The notes below the pieces were generated by a model. The model ran no database searches and was not told the origin of the DNA. It worked only from the letters and a program-made list of their open reading frames with translations. DNA of 64,000 bases from Octopus sinensis. Taxonomy: Eukaryota. The first letter of the stretch is position 1; each line of letters opens with the position of its first letter. Made by a program: the position numbers and the translations under genes. Below, piece after piece: positions 1 to 12,419 of this stretch. Where the stretch lies: positions 51,088,001 through 51,152,000 of the forward strand of contig NC_043013.1 of assembly GCF_006345805.1 (NCBI RefSeq), written 5' to 3'.

Positions 1-541
1 GTTGTATAATATTCACAGTTTCTTTGGAGCGAAACGAGGGCATTACGCACCAGGTCAAATACGGCTTGATGCAACTTTAAAAATGGCGAATTGGCAGAGC
101 CTGTTATATCATCAAATAAAACCCCCGGCTCAGTATTCGTTTGGAGGTCTTTGCGCTCTGAGTTCAAATCGGATCAGAAACTGATATATATTATTTTTGC
201 TTTTAAATTATCCTTTTGGGGTTCATCAGTAAATTAAGAGTGCAGTACCAGGATCGATTCTGAGAATAACAAGTTGGACATATTTTGCGATAATGAAAAA
301 AAAACAAAAACACATACATACTCATGTATGCCGTCCGTCGCGAAATGTCGAACTCACTGTCAACATGTTCGTCGTAAAAAATATTACTCTTGTTTTATAA
401 ACTGATCTTTCAGTGAATATTCGAATGTGATTATGATTACATTAAACAACACACATGAATAATGATAAGAAAAGAGAAGTGGATTAGGGGACAAATGGGT
501 TTGCATTTCTGTGGTGTGCGTGTGTGTGTATATATATATAT

Positions 542-1546
<1,005 letters not shown>

Positions 1547-1925
1547 CGACGAGATTCTTTCGGTCTCCGCCTACCAATTCCACTCACAAGGCTTTGGTCG
1601 GCCCGAGGCTATAGAAGAAACTTGTTCAAGGAGCCACGCAGTGGGACTAAACCATGCGATTGGGAAGTAAGCTTCTTATCACACAGCCACTGTGTATGTG
1701 TTTGTCACTTCTACCTCTTGACTACCAGCATTAGTTTGGTTACGTTCTCGTAACTTAGCGGTTCGGCAAAAAAGAGCGATATAATAACGACAAAACTGAA
1801 AAGAAAAATACGCAAAGAAAAAACTATTAAGAAATATGTGCAGGGAGCAATTTGAAACGACTAAAATGTTTCAAGGCCATAGCTCAGCATAGCCACAGTA
1901 CAATGATTGAAACAAGTAGAAAAAG
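1547..1925. mobile_element. SINE A split into inverted halves: 5' half on minus (1547-1690), decayed 3' half on plus (1691-1925)
   Basis: Matches the two halves of full copies such as 34984-35376, in opposite orientations. Confidence 0.7.
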
Positions 1926-2194
1926 TATATAAATATATAAACAGTATTCGAATAGAGGGCGCTATAACAGCTCATCTCCCGCACCATCGCCATCATACAA
2001 ATGTAACTTAGCCTAGATATTTTAGTAATTTACGCGAGACATTTAAGCTAAAATCGTGTTAAAGTTTTCTCTTTGCTTTCGTAATCTTCGAAAAAACACC
2101 TCAACATCTCATATATCATCCCCGGCCAAATATAATCGATTTTACAGTGCTCTGATAAGAACGTCAATGCATATGATGTTTGTTGGTGTGTGCG

Positions 2195-2263
<69 letters not shown>

Positions 2264-3107
2264 TATATATATTATATATATGTATATGCATAATGTAGTG
2301 TATAGCATAGCTTATGACTGGCATCACGTGAACTGCTGTGCTCTGTGTGTGTATAAAAGCGTCACATAAGCTTTACTTTCAATTATATATTTATATTTGA
2401 AAATATCCTTATCCTAACCGTTTATATTACGCACACACACGCACACACATGTACATATATACACGCATATATACACGTGCACATATAAAAAAAACACACT
2501 TGCGCACATGAACATAAGCACACAAACGTGCACACACATGTACATACGCAATACACACAAACAATACTGATACACATAATACTCGTACATACACACCAAC
2601 ACACACACACACACCGCTTCTATGACGATGAGACTCCATCGGTCAAGGTTGATCGTGCATCTCCAGAAGCATGAGAAGGCCTGCTAATAAGGTTTTCTTA
2701 AAGAAGGTTGGGAGTTTCCTCGAACGCACAAGTCTCCTCCAGCACGCCACCGATGTTTGTCCAAAGAAAAAAGCCGCCGATTTAAGCTAAAACAACTCAG
2801 TACCAATATTGTGACAAGCATTGCTGTCAGAACACCAAGAACCGGCATATATGTTGCAAAGCATCATGCCCGATTCTTTAACCGATCCGGTAAAGCACAG
2901 CCCTACACTGGTGCTTTTATTTTTTTCATCGATTACCAAAAGATTGAAGGCGAAGTTGACCAGTGTGGGATTTGAACACACAGCGTCGAGCGTTGGAACG
3001 AATACCGAACGGCAGCCTATTTAACGCTCTTACGACTCTAATAACTTCTTACCATCCATCTATACACTTGTAATGTATGTATTATATAAGTAACATAAGG
3101 CGCCGAG

Positions 3108-3640
3108 CTGGCAGAAACGTTAGCACGCCAGGTGAAGTGCTTTGCAGTATTTCGTCTGCCGTTACGTTCTGAGTTCAAATTCCGCCGAGGTCGACTTTGC
3201 CATTTCATCCTATCGAGGTCGATAAATAAAGTACCAGTTACACACTGGAGTCAATGCAATCGACTTAAATCCGTTTGTCTGTCCTTTTTTGTCCCCTCTG
3301 TGTTTAGCCCCTTGTGGGCAGTAAAGAAATAGGTATTTCGTCTGCCACTACATTCTGAGTTCAAATTCTGCCGAGGTCGACTTTCCTTGTCATCCTTTCG
3401 GGGTCGATAAATTAAGTACCAGTCACGCACTGGGGTCGATGTAATCGACTTAAATCCGTTTGTCCGTCCTTGTTTGTCCCCTTTGTGTTTAGCCCCTTGT
3501 GGGTAGCAAAGAAATAGGTATTTCGTCTGCCGCTACGTTCTGAGTTAAAATTCTGCCGAGGTCGACTTTGCCTTTCATCCTTTCGGGGTCGATAAAATAA
3601 GTACCAGTTACGTACTGGGATCGATCTAATCGACTCGTGT
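3108..3640 (+). mobile_element. SINE B, one head plus tandem ~185-bp body/tail units
   Basis: Head GGCGCCGAGCTGGCAG, B-box GAGTTCAAATTCC; units restart at GGTATTTCG at 3332 and 3517. Confidence 0.9.
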
Positions 3641-4008
3641 CTCCAGAGCACGAAATTATTAATAACTCGTAACTTTATACTGTGCTCATTAAATGATAAA
3701 TATATATATATCTTTATGCAAAGTTTTTCTTTGAAATACGTCGGCGTCTTTGAATAACAAAACTATAATTATACGTTATAATTTATTAAACATTCTTAAA
3801 AAAATTACATTTACAGCTGCTGTTTTGTTTAAGTTAAACAGACGAAAATTTAGTGCTTAATTGTCGTATAATTTGGACATTGACAATTTATTACCGGGTT
3901 TGATGGCGTAAAAGACGCCCTGGTCAATTAGAGGTAAGTTCAATTTCCGCAGTTCGTATTCAGGAAAGAAAGATTTTAGCATGTAACATTTAAAGCAACT
4001 TCGCTAAT

Positions 4009-4414
4009 GACGTAGGAGTGGCTGTGTGGTAAGTACGGACCACATGGTTCCGGGTTCAGTGTCCCACTGTGTGGCTCCTTGGGCAAGTGTCTTCTACTAT
4101 AGCCTCGGGTCGACTAAAGCCTTGTGAGTGGATTTGGTAGACAGAAACTGAAAGAAGCCCATCGTATATATATGTATATATATATGTTTGTATATTTGTG
4201 TATAAGTTTTTGTGTGTGTTTGCCAACCCACCCCCAACATCGCTTGACAACCAATGCTGGTGTGTTACGTCCTCGTCACTTAGCGGTTCGGCAAAAGAGA
4301 CCGACAGAATAAGTATTAGGCTTACAAAGAATAAGTTAGGGTCGATTTGCTCGACGAAAAGCGGTGCTCCAGCATGGTCACAGTCAAATGATTGGAAAAA
4401 GTAAAAGAGTAAAG
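4009..4414 (+). mobile_element. SINE A, full length (tRNA-like head, internal TA/TG microsatellite, LINE-like tail)
   Basis: GGTTCCGGGTTCAGT(G)TCCC B-box-like motif and GCGGTGCTCCAGCATGG tail; collinear with other copies. Confidence 0.9.
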
Positions 4415-4464
4415 AATGTAGGACACTGGGTGACATTCTTTAGACAATTTATTGGAATAAAGAG

Positions 4465-4705
4465 TGTGCTAATCATTTCGCCCGGCATGCTGATGATTTT
4501 GCAAGTTCGCCGCCTTAATAATAATAATAATAATGATCCTTTTTACAAATTTCAGGCAAAAGGCCTGAAATTTGTGGGGCGGGGGTAAGTCGATCACATC
4601 GACCCCAGAAATTCACTGGTAGTTAATTTATCGACTCCGAAAGGATGAATGGCAAAGTCGACCTCGGTGGAATTTGAACTGAGAATGTAGCAGCAGACGA
4701 AATAA
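4465..4705 (-). mobile_element. SINE B fragments (one head and a separate body/tail)
   Basis: Reverse complement of SINE B motifs (GAAAGGATGAATGGCAAAGTCGACCTCGG). Confidence 0.75.
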
Positions 4706-4896
4706 TAATAACAATAATAATAATAATAATAACAAGAATAATAATTTTTTCCTCTAAAGGAACAAAGTCTGAAATTTATGAGGACTTAACAGCAGGCAAT
4801 TTCTTCCAGAGAGTCAGAAAGTTAAAAAAATCGACCATAATTCAAGAGCTGGGATAATCTCTTGACCTTGAAATATGTATAAAATATTAATAAAAA

Positions 4897-5250
4897 GTAC
4901 ATTATTTACATTTGACGGATATTTGCCCTCATCTTGTTTGTTGTTAACACAACGTTTCGGCTGATATACCCTCCAGCCTTCATCAGGTGTCTTGGGTAAA
5001 TTTCGAACCTGGGTTCTCATTCCTAAGGTATTTTTCGATGTTGTCGTTGTTGATATTATTATTATTATTATTATTATTTTAATTATTATTATCCAGGTCA
5101 CTGCCTGGAATCGAACTCGGATTCTTGGGGTTAGTAGCCCGCACTCTTAACCACTACGTTGTGTTAACGAAAAACAAGATAAGGACAAATATCCGTCAAA
5201 TATAAATAATGTAAATAATGTACATAATTCCTCATCTCTTAAATACAGAA
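4897..5250 (-). mobile_element. Composite element: tRNA-like head + (AAT)n + PLE-type terminal repeat with hammerhead motif, plus an inverted partial copy of the tail
   Basis: Minus strand reads CGTAGTGG (A-box part), CT-ACT-AA loop, GTTCGATTCC (B-box), (AAT)n, then CTGATGAAGGCTG...CAGCCGAAACGTT. 4897-4955 and 5156-5223 are inverted repeats. Confidence 0.75.
4946..4991 (-). ncRNA. Minimal type I hammerhead ribozyme motif (PLE type)
   Basis: GACAC CUGAUGA A GGCUG-(10 nt)-CAGCC GAAA C GUU GUGUU: core present, 5-bp stem II, 5-bp stem I with one G-U pair, loopless palindromic ACGU stem III, NUH triplet GUU. Confidence 0.75.
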
Positions 5251-5401
5251 CCGTAGTAATAAAAAAGGTTTCAAATGTTGGTACAAGGGTGTTAGTTGCA
5301 TGATTGTACATTTTATGATTTCATTTTATATGGTTACAAAATAACCAGGGATTGAAGTTAATGAAGATTAATGAAGTTCCCTAATTAGTTATTAGTACAT
5401 T

Positions 5402-6380
5402 AATTAGCTCGCTAAGACGGCGGTATTGTTTTCGGCCAAGGCGGCGAGCTGGCAGGAACGTTAGCACGCCGGGCGAAATGCTTGGCGATATTTCTCCTGC
5501 TGCTACGTTGTGAGTTCAAATTCCGCCGAGGTCGATTTTGCTTTTCATCCTTTCGGAATCGATTAAATAAGTACCAGTTACGCACTGGTGTCGATATAAT
5601 CAACTTAATACCTATGTCTGTCCTTGTTTGTCCCCTCTGTGTTTAGCCCCTTGTGGGTAATAAAGAAATAGGTATTTCTCCTGCTGCTACGTTCTGAGTT
5701 CAAATTCCGCCGAGGTCAATTTTGCCTTTCATCCTTTCGGATTCGATTAAATAAGTACCAGTTACGCACTGGGGATCGATATAATCAACTTAATACCTAT
5801 GTCTGTCCTTGTTTGTCCTCTCTGTGTTTAGCCCCTTGTGTGTAGTAAAGAAATAGGTATTTCTCCTGCTGCTACGTTCTGAGTTCAAATTCCGCCGAGG
5901 TCGATTTTGCCTTTCATCCTTTCGGGGTCGATTAAATAAGTACCAGTTACGCACTGGCGGTCGATATAATCAACTTAATCCGTTTGTCTGTCCTTGTTTG
6001 TCCTCTCTGTGTTTAGCCCCTTGTGGGTAGTAAAGAAATAGGTATTGTTTTCGGTCGCGTTTGCTTGTTTGTCTGCGGGACAAGATATCGCAAGAACTGC
6101 CGGATGGATTCAAATGAAACTTTCAGGGATGTTTTGCCTCGTGACTGGTATGAACTGATTAGATTTTGGGATCGATCCGGTACCGGATAAGGATTCTGAA
6201 TTATTTTTTCGTTTTTTTTTTTTACTTAATTTTTGAGAGCAGTCGGCTTCATTTTTAGTATTCTCGTTTGTGAGAGCAATCGAGTTTACTTCAGATATTC
6301 TCATTTTAAAAATCATCACCGGCTAATCGTTGAGAGGTGTTGCCCTGGCGGAGGTTTGCGCTCTCTGAGTGCTCTTGTTA
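5402..6380 (+). mobile_element. Helentron/DINE-1-like non-autonomous element, interrupted by a SINE B array
   Basis: 5' AGACGGCGGTATTGTTTTCGG and 3' GGCGGAGGTTTGCGCTCTCTGAGTGCTCTTGTT; the 3' part recurs at 41140-41325. The class call is from recalled end motifs. Confidence 0.6.
5438..6040 (+). mobile_element. SINE B three-unit array with target-site duplication
   Basis: GGTATTGTTTTCGG at 5422-5435 and 6041-6054; units restart at 5671 and 5856 (period 185). Confidence 0.92.
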
Positions 6381-6614
6381 TTAGTTGTTTTTATGCTGCA
6401 TTTTGCAATAAGCAAAATAATTCTCTAAGTGCTTTCCTAATGTAGCATAGCAAACGAACTTGCTACTATCTGACTACTGCCTAAGGTGTAGACTAAAACC
6501 TATAGATATATTCTATTGTGTGAAATTACATATGAACAATCTTACAAGTCTCTATGTATTAGTGGATTAGACAGGGGTTCGTAAGCTGTTCATATATTTA
6601 CAGCCACGGCATAA

Positions 6615-6820
6615 AGACAGAGATAGATAGAGACAGGGAAAGACAGAGAGAGAAAGACACAGAGAGAGAAAGACAGAGAGAGAGAGAAAGACGGAGAGAG
6701 AGAGAGAAAGATAGATAGATAGAGAGAGAAACATAGAGAGAGAGAAAGATAGAGAGAAAGATAGAAAGAGAGAGAAAGATAGAGAGAGAGAAAGATAGAG
6801 AGAAAGATAGAGAGAAAGAT

Positions 6821-6853
<33 letters not shown>

Positions 6854-6938
6854 AGATAGAGAGAGAGAAAGATAGAGAGAAAGAAAGAAAGATAGAGAGA
6901 GAGAGAGAGAAAGATAGAGATAGAGAGAGAGAAGGATA

Positions 6939-6972
<34 letters not shown>

Positions 6973-7180
6973 AAGATAGAGAGAGAGAAAGATAGAGAGA
7001 GAAAGATAGAAAGAGAGAAAGATAGAGAGAGAAAAATAGATAGAGAGAAAGATAGAGATAGATATAGACGGGCAGACAGATGATTAGAGTGAAAGAAAGC
7101 AACAGAAAGTGTTTGTGTGTAAGAAAGAGAGAAAGTGTATTGAAAAGACACAAAATGCAGAAGCGATAGATAGATGGATG

Positions 7181-7234
<54 letters not shown>

Positions 7235-7290
7235 GAGATAGATTGATAGATAGATAGATATAGGTAGATGGATAGACAGAGGCGGCGAGG
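6615..7290. repeat. (GA)n/(GATA)n compound microsatellite
   Basis: Direct inspection. Confidence 0.97.
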
Positions 7291-7644
7291 GGAGGGGAGA
7301 GAGTGTGCAACCACCAGTTAATTCTGTGATAATGGTAGAATATATACATTTTAGCTAACGTTAAAACCAGATGGAAATGTTCATGAAATATGAATAAAAC
7401 CTCAAAACCTATAGGGAGCAATTTGCCAAAGAATACGTCCGAGAGACATTTGAGAATGTGTTGGCGATTACAGAGCGCGCACGCGCATGCATGCGTGCGT
7501 GCGTGCTTGTGTGCGGGTGCGTGTGTGTATGCTTGTGTGTGTGGTGTGTGTGTACAGGGAGAAATAGAGGGAGAGAGAAACATCAATATATGTTGTATGT
7601 AGAAGCATATGTGCGTTTTGTTGTGTAAATACTTGTACATCTGT

Positions 7645-7945
7645 ATGTATGTATATGTATATGTGTATATATATATATGTATATATGTGTATATGTGTAT
7701 ATATATATGTATATATGTGTGTATATGTGTATAATATATATATATATATATATGTGTGTATATATATAGATATATATGTGTATATATATATATATATTGT
7801 GTATATAGATATATATATATATATGTGTGTATATATATATGTATATATGTGTAATGTATATATATATATATATATATGTGTGTATATATATATATATATG
7901 TGTATTATATATATATATATATTGTGTTATATATATATGTATATA

Positions 7946-7976
<31 letters not shown>

Positions 7977-8113
7977 GTGTATATATATATATGTATATGT
8001 GTATATATATATATATATATGTGTGTATATATATATATATATATGTGTGTATATATATATATATATATGATTTATATATATATATAGTGTGTATATTATA
8101 TATATATAGTGTG

Positions 8114-8154
<41 letters not shown>

Positions 8155-8160
8155 ATTATA

Positions 8161-8205
<45 letters not shown>

Positions 8206-8223
8206 ATATATATATGTATATAT

Positions 8224-8256
<33 letters not shown>

Positions 8257-8261
8257 GTGTG

Positions 8262-8300
<39 letters not shown>

Positions 8301-8346
8301 ATATATATATATATATATGTGTATATATATATATATATGTGTGTAT

Positions 8347-8379
<33 letters not shown>

Positions 8380-8464
8380 GTGTATATATATATGTATATA
8401 TGTGTGTATGTGTATATATATATATATATTGTGTATATATATATATATATGGTATATATATATA

Positions 8465-8497
<33 letters not shown>

Positions 8498-8516
8498 GTA
8501 TATATATATGTATATA

Positions 8517-8551
<35 letters not shown>

Positions 8552-8785
8552 GTGTATATATATATATATATGGTGTATATATATATATGTGTTATATATA
8601 TATATATATATTATATGTGTATATATTATATAATTATGGTATATATATATATATATATATATATGTGTATATATATATGGTATATATATATATATATATA
8701 TATGGTGTGTGTGTGTGTGTATGTGTGTGTCAACATGTGTGTAATACACACACACACGTGTGTGTGTATATATATATATATATGC
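7645..8785. repeat. (TA)n/(TG)n compound microsatellite
   Basis: Direct inspection; source of the 402-aa pseudo-ORF. Confidence 0.97.
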
Positions 8786-9351
8786 ACATATGCTTATACA
8801 GATGTAGGCGCGGGTCTATATGCTTGTACAGATGCAAATGCGCGTTTCTGTATGTGAATGTATCCATAAATGGGCGCGCACGCACACACTGATCGTTGTC
8901 TTTGGGGATGGTCATTTTTCTTTTGCCAATTAATCACACGCTCTATATACTCGTTCTTCAGTTCAGTTTTCTTATTTTTATTCTAGTGTCCTATGTTTAA
9001 AATCTTTCGTCACCCCCTGAAACCTCTTCAACGACCCTACAACCCATATGTCTCCCCCTGTTTCCGTTTAGTCTTATTCTCTGTACTCACATGGAAATCA
9101 TCTTTTAACATCCGTTTTCCATGCTGGCTTAGGCTGGACGGTGTGACAAGAGTTGGTCGGCCGCGGAGCTGCACCGGCCTTGTTTTGGGATGGTTTTTTA
9201 TGGCTTAACACTCTTTCTAATATCAACCTCTTTAGATGCAATATAAATATTATATGTAGGACAGATCTAATTTACTTGGTAAATAATCCAATGATATTAC
9301 ATAAAATTCTTAACATTAAAAGTTAAAATCATAAAACAGAAAATAACCCGA

Positions 9352-9488
9352 ATAGCGGTTCGGCAAAAGAGACCGATAGAATAAGTACTGGGTTTACAAA
9401 AGAATAAGTCCTGGGGTCGAGTTGCTCGATTAAAGGCGGTGCTCCAGCATGGCCGCAGTCAAAGGACTGAAACAAGTAAAAGTAAAGT
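9352..9488 (+). mobile_element. 5'-truncated SINE A (tail only)
   Basis: GCGGTTCGGCAAAAGAGACCG...GGCGGTGCTCCAGCATGGCCGCAGTC. Confidence 0.85.
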
Positions 9489-9919
9489 ATGTTCTACCAG
9501 ATACTGACTTCTCCTTCTTAGCGATGGAAAGGCGACGTTCATCCCCATTTATTTTTCAAGGCCTCTGAGATTGCTGGCAGGAAGTGAAAATGTTTCCCCT
9601 GTTTAAAAAGGGATCTAACTCCTTTTGTTGTAACGATGATATGTACTAAAGGAATCCAAGGATCAAGAGATAGGAGTGTCGCGATCGAAGAACTCAGATC
9701 GCAAACATGGCAAGACGGAATCTGCGCGAATGAACTCCTCAAAAGGCACTTAAGGATTAGTAAGAAGGATTAAAACGGGAGAGAGATTAAGTGTAGTATT
9801 CAACAACGCAGAAGACAAAAAGAACGGAAGAAATACCACAAGGCATTCCGTCTCATATCCAACACTAACGACAATGTAACGCTCTGGACTCTATGCTATG
9901 CACTTATTATATAATGTGT

Positions 9920-10200
9920 GGAGGCACATGACCTAATGGTTAGAGCAGCGGACTCGCGGTCGCGGGTTCGAATCTCAGACAGGGCGATGTGTGTGTTTAT
10001 GAGCGAAATACCTAAGCTCCACGCGGTTCCGGCAGAAGGTAATGGCAAACTTCTGCTGACTCTTTCGCCACAACTTTCTCTCACTCTTTCCTCCTGAATC
10101 TTGCAGCTCACCTGTGACGGACTGGCGTCCCGTCCAGGTGGGGAGGCTATACGCCAAGGAAACCGGCCCTTTTGAGCCAGGCATGGCTGGAGAAGGAAAC
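9920..10200 (+). mobile_element. SINE C (tRNA-derived), full length
   Basis: GGAGGCACATGACCTAATGGTTAG...GGGTTCGAATCTC with A/B boxes; homologous to 10612-10749 and 54384-54687. Confidence 0.85.
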
Positions 10201-10345
10201 ATTATATAATGTATATATTGCATATATACGGCTTTGCTTTGCTTTGGGGCTTCAACTTCTTGGATTCATTTCGTTACAAGGACTTAAGTATATAGATGGA
10301 AAATACAAACAAATACAAACAAAATCACATACACACACACACACA

Positions 10346-10520
10346 CTTGTTTCAGTTATTGACTGCAGCCATGCTGGAGTACCACCTTTAATCGAATAAA
10401 TCGACCCCAGGACATTCATTGTAAGCGTTGTACACACTTATTATCTTTTGACGAACCGTTAAGTTTCGTGGACGTAAACACACCAACATCGGTTGTCAAG
10501 TGACGGTGAGGGGGGCAAAC
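10346..10520 (-). mobile_element. SINE A 3' half
   Basis: Reverse complement of the SINE A tail. Confidence 0.8.
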
Positions 10521-10545
10521 ACACACACACGCACACACATTTACT

Positions 10546-10610
<65 letters not shown>

Positions 10611-10611
10611 T

Positions 10612-10749
10612 GGAGGCGCAATGGCCTAGTGGTTAGGGCAGCGGACTCGCGGTCGCAGGATCGCGGTTTCGATTCCCAGACCGGGAGTTGTGAGTGTTTA
10701 TTGAGCGAAAACACATAAAAAGCTCCACGAGGCTCCGGCAGGGGGTGGT
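10612..10749 (+). mobile_element. SINE C 5' part, ending at a MITE
   Basis: GGAGGCGCAATGGCCTAGTGGTTAGGGCAGCGGACTCGCGG...GTTTCGATTCCC. Confidence 0.85.
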
Positions 10750-11223
10750 GATAAAGGTAAAACATACCCCAACGAATTTGGTAGTAGGCCTCATGTAACG
10801 GAGTATAAAAAAATCTTTTTATGGTGGTGTTGTAGTAGTGGAACCAAATTATTAAATTCAAGGAGGTTATCTATATTAATCATCATTCATATGAGTGGAA
10901 GGTATGTTTCTGCCAGTGCATGCACCTATAGGATTTTTCTACCATTGTGTTTACCAAAGGGAATTTGGCGAAGAGTATATAGAAAAGCTCGGAATTACAG
11001 ACGCCGCAATATTTTCTGGCCTTATCAAAAGGAAAGGATACAGACAATATGGACCATTCCAGCTTGAAAGTTATATTGCTGTCCTTAAGACGATTAATAT
11101 AGATAACCTCCTTGAATTTAATAATTTGGTTCCACTTCTACAACACCACCATAAAAAATTTTTTTATACTCCGTTACATGAGGGCCTACTACCAAATTCG
11201 TTGGGGTATGTTTTACCTTTATC
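10750..11223. mobile_element. MITE with 132-bp near-perfect terminal inverted repeats, TA-flanked
   Basis: 10750-10881 is the reverse complement of 11092-11223 with about 3 differences; 210-bp spacer; TA at 10752-53 and 11220-21. Confidence 0.88.
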
Positions 11224-11529
11224 TCTCTACCTTTCCCCCTTCTCTCTCTATCTCCCTCTCTCTGTCATAAGCACAATCAAACACACAGACACAAACCTGT
11301 CACTTCACAACTAGATGTATTTGGCATTTATCCCCCCCACACATACACAATCACGCACACACATAGACACGAATGCAGTTATATACATACACACACAGGC
11401 ACTCAATCTCATTAGCAAAAGCAAACAACAACGCATCACCATACATACGACTTGCACTCTGTCACCCTCCTATTCTTAGAACTTTCCCCTTACTACCATT
11501 TTTGAACTCTTGAACTTTTTAGAATCTTC

Positions 11530-11790
11530 TCCATCCAACCAATTTTGACGTCACTGCTTATAACGGAATATTTTAAAGAAGCACTCATTATCACTATGGA
11601 CTCCGTGTGGGCAGTCATCTAAAAGTTTTTGTTCGTCATGATGCTGACATAAGTTCCTCGTCTTTCCTGATGAGAAGGCGGCATAATGCACCCTTTATTC
11701 CTTCGGAATTAAGAATATGCAGTCTTCGAAACATATGTCGAGAATAAAGGAATTTTGTTAAATCGTCGTTCGACTCCATTCTTTCATTTA
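11530..11790 (+). mobile_element. 3' relic of a Penelope-like element (GIY-YIG C-terminus plus terminal repeat)
   Basis: KEALII at 11575-11592 resembles the KEA-x-x-I motif of PLE GIY-YIG endonucleases; it is followed by a hammerhead motif and AATAAA. Confidence 0.6.
11651..11755 (+). ncRNA. Type I hammerhead ribozyme motif, canonical core
   Basis: CUGAUGA 11667-73; stem II GAAGGC-G-GCAUA/UAUGC-A-GUCUUC; GAAA 11728-31; palindromic ACAUAUGU stem III; GUC triplet ending 11739; stem I of 4 bp + 4x4 internal loop + 8 bp. Confidence 0.85.
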
Positions 11791-11801
11791 TATATATATA
11801 T

Positions 11802-11965
11802 ATACGACGGGCTTCTTTCAGTTTCCATCTGCCATATCCACTCACGAGTCTCTGGTCGAACCCAAGGCTATAGTAGAAGACACTTGCCTAAGGTGCCACG
11901 CAGTGGGACTAAACCCGGAACCATGTGGTTGGGAAGCAAGCTTCATGCCACACAGCCACGCCTGC
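11802..11965 (-). mobile_element. SINE A 5' half
   Basis: ACGACGGGCTTCTTTCAGTTTCC...CACACAGCCACGCCTGCG. Confidence 0.85.
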
Positions 11966-12419
11966 GACTACATGGCAAACTTCTTACAGCTTCCGTCTAC
12001 GAAATCCAGGCAGAAGCGTTTTGTCGACTCGAGGCTACAGCAGAAGGTACTTATTCAAGGTGCTACGATTTCTTTTATCAAATAATCTTAATTACCTGTT
12101 ATTGCATCTTTTAAATAGATTTCTAACAACATCCTGTTTAGATCTGGGAGAATAAAGGACAGAGAAAAATAATTCAGACGAAACATCGGTTTTAGTAAAA
12201 CGTCGTTGCTTTTTTACCTTCACTCGTTGGCAAAATTCCACCTCACAAGAAACTTTAATCGAATAAATCAACCCCAGGACATTCATTGTAAGCCTAGTAT
12301 TCATTCTATTAGTATCTTTTGCCGAACCGTTAATTTCTTCACCGATATTTACGACACTCCCACGTACGATATCACCTACACGAGTAATACACATAAGCCT
12401 ACTTACAAATGGTCGAGCA

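Noticed and set aside
3132-3651. Recurrent ORFs such as RRAKCLAVFRLPLRSEFKFRRGRLC and its antisense, seen many times
   Set aside because: They are SINE B sequence; the recurrence reflects the repeat, not a gene family.
5091-5158. tRNA gene calls for this and other tRNA-like heads (9920, 10612, 15700-15760, 31915-32010, 54620-54687)
   Set aside because: A and B boxes are present, but there is no complete acceptor stem or cloverleaf, and each continues into a SINE body.
9490-9780. Possible LINE RT fragment (DCWQEVKMFPLFKKGS) or exon
   Set aside because: Only one short motif-like match; downstream RT motifs could not be recovered in any frame.
10895-11314. 139-aa ORF as a gene
   Set aside because: It starts at GTG directly after a stop and runs through a TIR into low-complexity DNA; kept only as a note under the MITE.
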